Assembly: GCA_030141605.1 (NCBI GenBank)
Contig: JAQGDQ010000426.1
Span: forward strand, 62,001-126,000
Reading direction: 5' to 3'
Length of the DNA stretch: 64,000 nt
Origin: Tubiluchus corallicola
Lineage: Eukaryota; Animalia; Priapulida
The notes beneath the pieces were generated by a model. That model was not told where the DNA came from, did no database searches, and saw nothing but the letters and a program-made list of their open reading frames with translations. Positions 52,897-64,000 of this stretch are shown here, piece after piece (position 1 is the stretch's first letter; every line of letters begins with the position of its first letter). Made by a program: the position numbers and the translations under genes.

Positions 52897-54425
52897 TGGC
52901 ACAGAAAGGAATCATCAGAGTTGCCTTCTTCTGCAATTTACAAGTAGGGAAAACCAGACATGCTCAACAGAATGAAATCGACATGAACGGAGCCCATTCA
53001 AATTTAGACCTTGAATGAAACAAGTTTCTTCCCGCGGCACAAGCAGCCTGGCGTAAGTTTTGCTAATACAAATGAGATGATACCTGAAACGCTTAGTGTA
53101 AATTCAAAAAGCAGAATAAATGATTTTTTTCTTTCGTTCTACTGCACAGAAATGGGATGAAGTTCTACATAAAGATTTCATTTTGCTTCTATAGAGGAAA
53201 TCTACCACCATGAGAGCACAGGCGGTTTACATTAGGACGAAGAAGCCAGACGCTTAAACCAAATAACCTCAGTATCATTTAATGACCCAAGCCTTCCAAT
53301 AACAGCATGCTATTATGGGTAAAAATAAACAGTGGTTATGCGTCGTGATTACTGGTCAAGCTTGCAGCTTGGCTGCAAGTTACAATGTCAGGCTAATAAG
53401 TTAGTAATAATAACAGTTAACAATTTTAATGATATATATAAGTAATTGAATATCTCGTCTTTTTAAGTAGCGTTATATCTTTTCCTCATAATTTAAAACA
53501 AAATTTGAAATGTCACGAAACGACGATAAAGTTTTCAATTGTAACGTTAGAAACACAATAACAACGACAATGTTGTGACAACTGCAACGTCAACAATAAA
53601 ACAGCAATAATAGAAAACTAAAGCAGCTAAAATAAATAAATGGGAACAGCTTTCGCCAATTCGTCAGCGAAAAGAAAATAATTGCCGCCTAATTGGTTGT
53701 TTGTTAAGTATTTTTGTGCTGTGGTTTTTGTTTCATCACTTTGTAAAATTTCACGCGTATAGTTTTCTATAAACTAACGGATTACTCTGTTAGCCTCGAA
53801 TATTGGCTGTCTTATGATATTCAACAATGAAGTTCAGCTCCTTATAGCTTCATTATTAATGGCAGTACGGGGGGCATAAAACTCAATGCTGAGTACCAAG
53901 AAAGAAAAGATTGCGAAAATCGAAATACGCGTGGGAAAGTTACTAAATTCGTAACAGTAATTATCTTCAGGTTGTGTGAGCACGGCGACTTCAGGCCTGT
54001 ATACTTGGCTTCCTTAATTGAAGTAGGCTTATAGCAGAACAAAGGCAGAGATGTTGCACAAAAAATCATTCTACTACCGTTAACAGTGCAGAGCGGCAGC
54101 AACTTGGCTGACATCTTGACAAATTACAAAATTGTTGCTAAACCATGTACAGATTTCGGACATACTTTACGTCTATTGCAGTTAACTGTTATAATAATTA
54201 CTAGCCTATTAGCCTTTAAACCTTGGAGGACATATCGTGTTACAGGTTTCACCAGTGATTACGTAAGTCATGCACTGACTTAACTACAACTGTTTATTTT
54301 ATGCAATAGCATATTTTTATAGACAACTTTTACGTTTGGTGATGGTCAATATTGTTGTAGCAACGTTATACTGAGCCACAGAGGTGACAGTCAGACCAAC
54401 AAACAAGGAAACTGTTTCAAAATTA

Positions 54426-54620
54426 CAGCTGCAAGAGCTATGCAATAAGGATTACTATTTTTATTATAATCAGGTGTAATAAAAAAACCAGGTGTAACCA
54501 AAACACTGGAATTTTTGTGCAAAAACGTGGTAAGTGCATTTGCCGAGAATCCCTGTCGGTTCTCATGACGTCACTCGTCTGTTTGTATAAAACCTCCATA
54601 GATTCACGTGCGCGTCTTGC
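54426..54620 (+). promoter_or_regulatory. Candidate promoter of the phosphagen kinase gene
   Basis: E-boxes CAGCTG (54426) and CAGGTG (54471, 54489); MEF2-like CTATTTTTAT (54455); perfect CRE TGACGTCA (54566-54573); TATAAAA (54586-54592), ~100 bp before the ATG. Confidence 0.6.
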
Positions 54621-54693
54621 CCTTCGGTTTGTGTGTAGCTGCCGGTTTGAGTTTTCTCTTCGAAACGTGCGTGTTTCCTCACACTTTTCCAAG

Positions 54694-54850
54694 ATGTCTG
54701 CGGAATACGTTGAGAAAGCTTTCAGTGAGCTACAGGCTGATGCCAACTGCAAATCAATGTTGAAGAAATTTCTCTCACGAGATGTAGTAGACTCTTACAA
54801 AAGCACGAAAACATCGCTTGGGGCCTCATTGAAGGATTGCATTACGTCAG
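54694..54850 (+). CDS. AK: Arginine kinase-type phosphagen kinase, coding exon 1
   Basis: MSAEYVEKAFSELQADANCKSMLKKFLSRDVVDSYKSTKTSLGASLKDCITSG matches the AK N-terminus (CKSLLKKxL...KT..G..L.D.I.SG); phase-1 donor G|GTGCGT. Confidence 0.93.
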
Positions 54851-57800
54851 GTGCGTGATTAACATAAATTAAATAATTTTATTGTATTCGTTTAAAATAG
54901 CGATCAATTTCTAAACATAAATTTATCAGTAAAAAGTGCTTAAAGGTCCAGAAAGCAGCTGGAGCAGCACTTAATAAAGGTGACGGTTTCCCGCTATACA
55001 TTCGCCGATTTATTGTAGCGCGACAGGTGAATCGTTAGGGACTCTGAGTTGTTAATTCCCAAGAGCAGAGTAATGGTATCAGTAAACTGTGCAGTAATTC
55101 AACAAAACAAAATGAAAATGCTATGAGTTTTTGTCGGACAGTTTTGCGTGACAATTCTCCAACAGCCATAGCAACAGTTATGATTTATTTTAGAAGTCTA
55201 ATCTGTACACTTTTAGTATTAACGTATAAATGAGGTGTATATTAAAGGTAGGCCTATCGATACAGGACTACTGACTACTCGGTTTCAGGAATGAGTAGTG
55301 TCTTACCGATAATTTTCTTTTTTAATAATATAGCATGGGCTGTTTTGTAATTAGTATACTCTGTTTGCTTTAATAATCGTTGCAGAGATTATTTGCCGTG
55401 CACACATTTTTATTTACGATACACTTACATATGAATGATTTAGTTTGTTTTGCTGGGATATTTTCCGCAATGAACGTATTCAGTCTGGAATAGTGCCATT
55501 TGTTACGTACCCGTTTGCTACGTATCCATTTATTGCTACGTATCCAGGTAACAGCCCTTGAACTTTATAACATTGTTTGAGTTAAGTAGAGATTTTTGTA
55601 TGTTCGCACTAAAGTGACTAGCTATGATAATATCGACCGGTGGCTAGTCGGCTGTTTGTTTCTCAGCCTCGCTATAGGTGAAAAATGCCATTAATACAGA
55701 GTTTTATTTGACTACTCATCGCTGTTACGCAATGTATTCTTCATTTGAAATTAAATTCACGGCAGTTTACGTTTGAAGCGTCCAGTTTGAGTTAGGTTTC
55801 ATACAATGTAATGACAATACAAGCCGGTTCTCCCTCATTAAACAAGTCTCAGTGGTATACAATACAAGTTGATCCTGTATATAAAAATAACTGTCGAATT
55901 ATTGAAGTATATTGAAGCATTTTCTTAGCGAAGATACTTGAGAACAGTTCTCGGTGTATCTAAAAATCTATAAAAAAAGTTATTAATGTCCGTTTAAAAT
56001 GTTGTTACACCACTCAACATTGGGGCGGAACTTAGGCCAAGTCCCTGGCTTCAGCTTCCGTTCTCTTTTCCCAGGTTTCACCGTGCATTCCTTTAGGAAG
56101 TTCAGTAAGTGCTTAATGGCTTCTGTTTAGCAACAAATATAGTACGGCTTCCTTGGCTACTACACTTAACCTTGACCAAGCGGAAGTATTCATAGTACCT
56201 CTTCCTCCCGTATTGCCCACTCTCCCTATAATGTTCACGGGCAGCTACGCTTCCTGTATTAATTAACCCGTAATTATATAAATTCACATAATTAAAAATG
56301 AGTAAAAAATTGCCTAAGCTGAGATACTCCCACCCAGACAGACTCCCAACTTAAAATTGCGGGGTAGCTTGCAATATTGTAAATTGTAAAACTCAAATGT
56401 AGGCCTAATTAGTGTCCGTTGACTTGACGGTGGGAACCATAGGTGGTTGCGAATCTCCTGCATCTGTACTGTTGATACTTTGCCCCGGATATCATTAGAG
56501 TTATCAAAACTAATCAACCTGTTTAAACAATCACCATGTTTTTACCTCTTCATATAGCTTTTTATCTCTGTTATGTCTGACATATTGTACTTTGATCGGT
56601 TACGCGAGTTTTGAACCATTAAATTTTTATTGAGGCCTGGTCATGTAGCTTACATGTGAATGTCAAAGACAGAATTGTATAAAGAGTTTATATAGTTTAG
56701 TTTGCTGAACATACAACATTGAGCATACAACATAAAGAGGCCAAAAAAACACATTGAGTCTGTACATAGGATGAAATGGCTCAAACGTAGTAAGTACGAG
56801 AATACCAAAAAAACATTATACTAACAAAAGCACAATAATAACAAATAAAAACAACAATAGTAAGAACACATTTTGTAGGCAAACAGATTAAAGTAATTTG
56901 CTATCCTGTTTTTCTTCCCCTTTCTTACTGATGTCGTATATAAATATATTTATTACTAAATTTCTCATCTCTACATCATTTAGGCCATTAATAAACCCTT
57001 CACTTATAGGCATTTCTGCAAAAGGAGGATATATATATTAAAAATATTTTCAAATACAACTTTTCTCTCATCTTGACAAAAATGCATTTCATCTTCCATT
57101 TCATTTAACATAAATAAGCTATATATATGTGTGTGTGTGTGTGTGCGTGCGTGTGTGCGTGTGTAGTATCATAATATTACATGACTGCGTCAATTAAATA
57201 TATGAACGTACAAAAAATTATAAAATTCCCGGCCGGCCGGGTGTACGATAGAAAATATTACCGGGGCAATTAGACGGAAACAGAATTATTTTTATTATCG
57301 GCCTGAGCTTATCAACATTTTACACCTTCTGTGTTTTGCTTGCTTGAAATTGCTTTCCCGTTAGGGTCGGCTTGACGACTGCTTTTGATCTTAGTACATA
57401 CAAAGCAGCGTTGGATAACAAAGGACCTAGATTTTAGTGTACTTGCCTTTTCCATTTTTTATTGCCCCGCGTGTTGCCTAGACTAAAGTGTAGCTAGAAC
57501 AGTAATTGTAACGCTTGTTTCAAAAGCAAAATGATTTTATATCGCAGCCGATGCAGCTGTTGTTTAACAATTCATGAACGCATTTAAAATTGATCAATTT
57601 GCGAAAGTATTAACTGTGTTATAACAATTCAGTTTTGCTTGGCATTGAGTGCAGCATGCGCCACATGCTGACTGTCACGTCGCCCGGACTAGACCAGACA
57701 TTCGTGCGATAAGATAAGAATAAACCAGCATGGCTCATGTGATGAGTTATTATGTGATTATCATCACTCGCATGCAATGAAATCCATAGTCCTTGGATAT

Positions 57801-58392
57801 GGTACATGTTGCTGGAGACATCATGCCATTGGAGGACATCCTAAGTTTTTAAAGTAACGCAGCCTAGTAACGTATGTTGTATGCTTTGGGGCATTTTCAC
57901 GATTTAAAAAAATTATGTCCAGAAAATTTCGTTATCAACCCCTACAAAGTTTAATGAACAAAAGACCACGTTAAACCACTTTAAATATTTTGATGACTTT
58001 CAAAAAATATGAGGAACCTCAAAGACACCTCTTCGGCTTTTCTTTCTTTACCTTTTATTGCATTATTGAATTATTATTCCTGAACAAGGAAAAGGGACTA
58101 CCTTCATGCATTCATTTCATGTACGTTGTTCATCACTGTAATTCACTTTTGTGACTTTGTGTCAAATCTCGTGAGAATACGTAATGCAAGGAAAGGCAAT
58201 TACTATGGCTGAGTATTGAGCATCGCCTAGGCTGCCTACTTGAATATTAATTAAACCGTTCAGTTCATTCATGTGCGGGTTTATGCAGTGACACAAAATT
58301 GTATTTGCTGAGCAAACATATTAAACTGTTTCAATTTTAGCAAAGCGAAACAAGCTGTGACAAAATACATAGTGCCTACGTTTGAACTTTGA

Positions 58393-58799
58393 ACGTTGAT
58401 ATTTGAACTATAAGGCATTATGCGAAGAGTAAGAGTTTATATCGGAAGGGCTGGAATGCACCTGCTCATTTTAATCCACTCCACGTAGTTAGTAGGTGTG
58501 TAGTAGGTCGGTAAGTTCGATTTTCAGGTACAAAGAACATTAGGAACTATTATCACCCATTGAAGTTACAAGAATGACGTTGATATTTGAACTGTGAGGC
58601 ATTATGCGAAGAGTAAGAGTTTATATGGGAAGGGCTGGAATGCACCTGCTCCTTTTAACGTTGAGCAATCCGAAAATGAGTCCAATTTGCCAAGTAAGTA
58701 GGTGTTTAGTAAGTCAGTAAGTGCGTTATTTGCAATCGATTTTGAAACACATAGAACGTTAGTTCACATAGGAACTATTATCACCCACTGAAGTTACAA
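58393..58799. repeat. Diverged ~185-220 bp tandem duplication in AK intron 1
   Basis: ACGTTGATATTTGAACT...GAAGGGCTGGAATGCACCTGCTC...GAAGTTACAA occurs at 58393 and 58578. Confidence 0.85.
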
Positions 58800-59050
58800 A
58801 GTTACAATGATTATTATAAAAACTAATACCAACAGGCAAATATTTGTAGAAACAAAATGAAGACAGATGGTAAGAGAAGCGAAGTAAGAGAAGAAAACGG
58901 AGCATGACAGGGAGGACAAACCACGTGGTAACACTACGTATTCATCACGGTTAAAATTTTGTAAGAAAATCGTTTTGTACCGCCAGAAACTTGGATGCCA
59001 TTGATGTTTGAAACAGCTTAAATTTGCACGATGATGTGCAGCTGCCGTAA

Positions 59051-59430
59051 TGTTGTTGTAGTTATGTGTGACCGTTGTTGTTGTAGTTAAGTGCGACCGT
59101 TGTTGTTGTAGTTATGTGTGACCGTTGTTGTTGTAGTTAAGTGTGACCGTTGTTGTTGTAGTTAAGTGCGACCGTTGTTGTTGTAGTCATGTGTGACCAT
59201 TGTTGTTGTAGTTATGTGTGGCCATTGTTGTTGTAGTTATGTGAGACCATTGTTGTAGCCATGTGCCACCGTTGTTGTTGTAGTTATGTGAGACTGTTGC
59301 TGTAGCTATGTGCGACCGTTGTTGTTGTAGTTATGTGAGACCGTTGCTGTTGTAGTTATGTGCGACCGTTGTTGTTGTACTTATGTGTAACCGTTGTTGT
59401 TGTAGTTATGTGTAACCGTTGTTGTTGTAC
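59051..59430. repeat. 25 bp minisatellite (GACCGTTGTTGTTGTAGTTATGTGT), ~15 copies
   Basis: Direct reading. Confidence 0.93.
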
Positions 59431-60320
59431 TTTCCTTTATACTTTAATTGTACATTTGAGAGCGTGCGTGTTATCTAAATAACTCTGACAATTTGTACTA
59501 ATATATCAAATATTTCAAATATTACTGGTTACTTGTACGCCGCGCATTGCAAACGAATCATTTAATTAGTTGCAGTAATTAAGAGAGGAGAACAGATTCT
59601 CTGTTGATTGTGTTGGGAAGGTTTGATATGGATTATGGATTACGGATTACACTGTCAATTGATGATGATAAGTCTTTATTAGCCCCTTTTTGCAGGCAAA
59701 AATATCTGTACTAACATTATACAATTTTACATAGACACTATACAGAGTGAATTCTACAATATTACATTTACGGATTCTGTAATTAGCTTTTCTAATTTGT
59801 ACGTATAACATTTCTTACAGTGATATTAAACAAGAAGTATTGAAGTGCGTGCTAAAATCAAGGTTATTAATGCAGCAAGTTTCCTGTGAAGTAACATAAA
59901 AATGCAGATAAATTAATATACCAAATTATTAGATTCCAATTCAATGTTTAAGTCCATACGAGTTACAATCAGTAATCTCAAGAACTACACAAATTTAATC
60001 CCTATTTTACTAAAAATTAACTAACCATGTTACATTGTCTAGCGGTACGTCAACACACAAACAGCATCAAAGTAAAGCCGCGCCGTACAAAAACGTTTTA
60101 ACTGACTCACAACTGCTTCAGAAACCACATTTCTCACCTTTGCATAACATTTCTGCAGTGGAGAAATTCTTGCTCTTTTCAACTGCTATGTCGCATGGCT
60201 TCTGCACATGGCATGCAAGAGTAGTTTGAGTTCCGAGCATGAAACGGAAAACGTTTAAAGTTTAAGTAGTATAGATCGCAAAATCATGTTGTGGCAGTTT
60301 TACTTTTCTGAAAAGTTTAA

Positions 60321-60950
60321 AGGATAAGAAAACGGGGTACCTGAAGTGGGTTTCAGAAAAATCCCCTTAAAAAATAATATTACTTTATAGCAATTTTATG
60401 CGTATATCATACGCTTGTTAAAAGGAATTTTTGTTTGTTTTCATTTTAAATGTCCTGCAATGCTGTTTCGTGCCGCGCTATTACATGACGTCATCTACGC
60501 ACAACGTAAATCAGAGGAAGAAACGGCAATGTTAAATTGTCCCAAAAAACTTTCCATGCAAATCTATCTTACTTAGCATTTCGCTTAACTGCTGGAAACT
60601 GTAACTAGAAACAGTAATTTAAAATGTTCGTGCCAATTGATAAAATGTCGCTAACTCACCTTCCAGGGTGCACCACTCACTAACCAAAAACATATTTTCT
60701 TCTTGACAAGATACAGTAATTTAAAATTTTAGTTATTAACATGTGTACTACGAATCCTCTGATTATTTTTTCAAACATTGCGCAATGTTATTTAAACTTG
60801 TATCAAACGACCACCATCGAAATTGCTGCGCTTGACGGTCATCGCGGGTGCTTAAATTTACAAGTTTTATACAGCGTTACTGCTGACGTAAGCCCTCCAT
60901 GCAAAAAGCAATATGTAAGTGGTATAACATTTCAAGAGCTCTATGTAACT
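60321..60950 (+). mobile_element. Kolobok-like family B fragment (homologous to 41030-41490, with ~170 bp extra)
   Basis: TTAA|AGG start; by-eye alignment with 41030-41490. Confidence 0.6.
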
Positions 60951-61781
60951 GGATGATCTTAAGTAGTATTTAATTTGCAAACTTTATTGCATGTAGACTG
61001 TTTTGGTCAATGTATATTTCACGGGTCTGCAGTTTTTGAGGTGAGTAAGCTATACTGGACCAGGCATAGTAAAGGGACAAATACACTCGCGGCTTCGGAC
61101 TTGTATCCTTTCAGCCTTGTTCTGTTTAAGAGAAATTTATCCGGTTAGTAATAGATTCCAGTCATTTGGTAATTTTGTCATAAATATTCATGTATTTTCA
61201 GTAAAAGCTTCGACTGTCTGTTACGAAGTAAGGCGTTTTGAAAATTTTCTCTCCTGAGATAAATTTTATATAACAATTGATTCTGACCGAAAAGAGAACG
61301 GTCTGTATATGGGCTGGCATCCACTAATCCCCATGGCAACGGGATGCAGCGCATCGACCGGACGGAAACTGGCGACTGCCTGACAGAGGAATGTGCACTC
61401 GTCTGGAAAATTTCCTGAAAATCTGTGAACCATGAGCATTGCGCAGTGCTCCCCCTCCCCCCATTTAGCGTATGCAACTTATGCAGCTTTCCAGTGCTAG
61501 GGGCATTGCTTTATAAAGAGGATTGGATGCGCTCAGTCTTCGTGCAATTTCATCCCTTTTTTATTACTTGATGCAAGAAAAGGCGTGAAATCCGTGGGGG
61601 GGGGTATTACAGAACAGCCGTGTCAGTTGCATACTGTATATATCTGGAGAAACCAATAGTTAGACTAGCAGACGAACGAGGCTCACTTAGTTCATCCACT
61701 AACTTAGCGTGGTCTACTACAAATTGTACAATCTCAGAGAAGAAGCAATCGTTCGTAATTAGTAACCTGGAAAAATAAACA

Positions 61782-61783
<2 letters not shown>

Positions 61784-61858
<75 letters not shown>

Positions 61859-61919
61859 TGCGTGTGTGTGCGTGCGTGTGTGTGTTTGTGTGTGTGCGTG
61901 CGTGCGTGCGTGCGTGTGT
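61784..61919. repeat. (GT)n/(GCGT)n microsatellite
   Basis: Direct reading. Confidence 0.96.
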
Positions 61920-62676
61920 AGGGCCTATACTAAGAACACGACTCAATAAAACAGTCTACTTGATGTTTTAAAGTCTAAAAGACAATTAAACTGTAGACGA
62001 GCGGCGTAAATAAATAAATAAATAAACTTATGCTAGCATCGCAACAGCATTGGAAGCAGGGTGCGAGTACGAAATTCCTCGGGTGAGAGGAATAACTGAG
62101 CAGTACTGTGACATGGCGACCAAATTTAAATGATCAACCTAGTTATCAGCTGGATTCATGAAATTCAGTTGTGGCCACAGTTACAGTGTCTGCATGCGAC
62201 ATTTGGGTATCCGTGGTCTCTGGGTATTTCATCTGAACCTGGATGAGATCCTTCTACTTATCGTTTATCAATTTGTTGACTGAGTTTGCGGCAATATTTT
62301 CTAGTGTATTGTTAGTTTGTTTTCCCTGCAGCAGCAGATCAGAAAACTTCTGAATCGTTACAAAGTCGATCAGTTGCTTTGTCGTGTGTCAACGGAAATT
62401 TATTCCGCAAATATTTTTCTGTGTGCGTATTTGTGCTAGGCCATGCGACACATCGATCGCCCGTATATTTAATAACCCTCGGGTTTCGTTTCAAAGAACT
62501 TTGCTTTGAACAAGAATGCGGTGTTTGCATGCGACATTTGACAGGTTTCTTCAGAGAAAGAAATTCAAATCGAATGGATTATGCAGCAATCAGGCGTACG
62601 TGCAGTTTGTGAAAATTGTATTTCATTCGTTTGAGAACTGAAAAGATTAATTGACTGCTTTTTTTGTTCATTATAG

Positions 62677-62781
62677 GAACGGAAAACCATGACAGTAATG
62701 TTGGAGTATATGCAGCTGACACTGAGTCATACACTACATTTAGTAAGCTGTTTGACCCCATCATTGACTGCTACCACAAAG
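62677..62781 (+). CDS. AK: Arginine kinase-type phosphagen kinase, coding exon 2 (guanidino-specificity region)
   Basis: Acceptor TTTTTTGTTCATTATAG|; (G)[34 protein letters not shown](G); donor G|GTACGT; phase fits exon 1. The gene continues beyond the window. Confidence 0.95.
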
Positions 62782-64000
62782 GTACGTAGACTAGCATGTA
62801 ATCTATATAGCAAACATAAGATTGTATAACTATAACACTTTCATAAAGTCTTTATTTTTAACCACCAGCCCTGGGTTTCTTTTCTTCTGTTCTCTGTTTG
62901 GACCGTTTCACATTTAACCACATTTTGACCTAACCAATACCTGGGCTGGATTCAAATAGAAGCATACTTATTGAATTAATACAACTGAGCCGAGCATAAA
63001 AGATGACGCAAATGTTTTATTAAACTATCATGAATTCGCAAATGCTGAGTCTTGAAAGCATTAATCGGTTCTAAATGCAATCAGTTGAATTTCTAAATGA
63101 TTCCAGGATTTTTCGAAAGTTGCATTGGTTAAGGGTACTTAGACGTTCCTTCTTACTAAAATTACATTTTTTTTTGCTTACTCGCTTGCGAAACGTATAA
63201 AGAGGTCTCTTTCGTCGTGATGTTGACGCTATTCTCGTTTACTGAATGATGAAAGTTGGTAATTCGTTTCAGACTTGTGTTGAAGGCTTAGATTGGGTAC
63301 AGTTTTTACCTGTTTGTCGATTAAGTCATAAGTTATTTATTTCACCTTACACATTTACAATAGTTTCATGTACAATATATAGTGAAAGGGCCTACAATGA
63401 ACATAATACAAATAAGTTTTTATTGTTTCTGCACAAGAAGTCTCACACACTGTTCACCTATATACAAACGTAAATGTGTTGCGGGTAATCAAAAAGCAGG
63501 GCTTTCTTGGTAGTAATACGTTTATCTGTAATATGGCAGCGAGAAGAATTAGTAGACCTATACTTCCCTGATGTTACGTTATAGTAGACTCATACATGGA
63601 CATCAATAAAACTTCATAGCATTAGCACACGGAGCAGTGTCTTACTGGTTCCAGAAACGTATAGATGGTAAAAGCATAGTAAAGTTTAACTCTTTCATAA
63701 TTCGGTTATTCGTCGCTACTTGCTGTTCTTCGACTGCTGGAAGCCACATGTTGAAGAGGCTGAAACAGCAAAGGCATCACTTCCAGGAAAAGGAGGAAGG
63801 AGGTTATATTTGCTCCTTTAAAATACACGCGATCTGTTCACCGGCTTCTTCAAGGTCGCGCGAGCCCCAGGCGTATGAGAAGCTAAAGTGTGCGCGGGAT
63901 ACAGTGTTTTGCTCGTCTAAATTTATTCTAATTTCCCGGTCATCCGAGCTTAGAATTTCGCTGCATCTCACTTTGAACAGCGTCACGTTTCTTAATTAAG

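Noticed and set aside
52230-53018. ORFs within the 35 bp array
   Set aside because: A 35 bp unit shifts frame every copy; the ORFs are chance products.
53640-53675. Minus-strand CTGACGA...GAAA minimal hammerhead
   Set aside because: The stem II closing pair is A-C, and no stem I/III or NUH site can be formed.
54517-54693. N-terminal extension of the 113 aa ORF upstream of MSAEYV
   Set aside because: It begins at a non-ATG codon and runs through the CRE/TATA promoter; AK similarity starts at 54694.

Overview
AT-rich, repeat-dense genomic DNA from an invertebrate animal. It has spliceosomal GT-AG introns, and the arginine-kinase type suggests a protostome, probably a lophotrochozoan. Three protein-coding genes can be read by hand. 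(1) hedgehog exon 1 is on the minus strand (19689-19997); its exon 2 is not visible, so intron 1 probably exceeds 19.6 kb. (2) A complete 7-exon ECHDC3-type enoyl-CoA hydratase gene (34486-43018, +, 320 aa) lies head-to-head with hedgehog. (3) The first two coding exons of an arginine-kinase-type phosphagen kinase (54694-54850, 62677-62781, +) continue past the window end. The rest is microsatellites, minisatellites, non-autonomous DNA transposons (hAT, pogo/Tigger-like, Kolobok-like) and retroelement relics (CR1/L2-group, RTE, BEL/Pao, possibly Penelope). Most ORFs in the supplied track are repeat artefacts. I found no unambiguous new multi-gene system. The best leads are: repeated birth of tandem arrays from transposon ends, including a TIR-bounded element that is one open ORF; long inverted repeats inside the hh and ECHDC3 transcription units; atypical residues in Hedgehog (Pro at the signal-peptide -1 site) and in the kinase specificity loop; and candidate hh enhancers and uORFs. 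All alignments and counts were done by eye.
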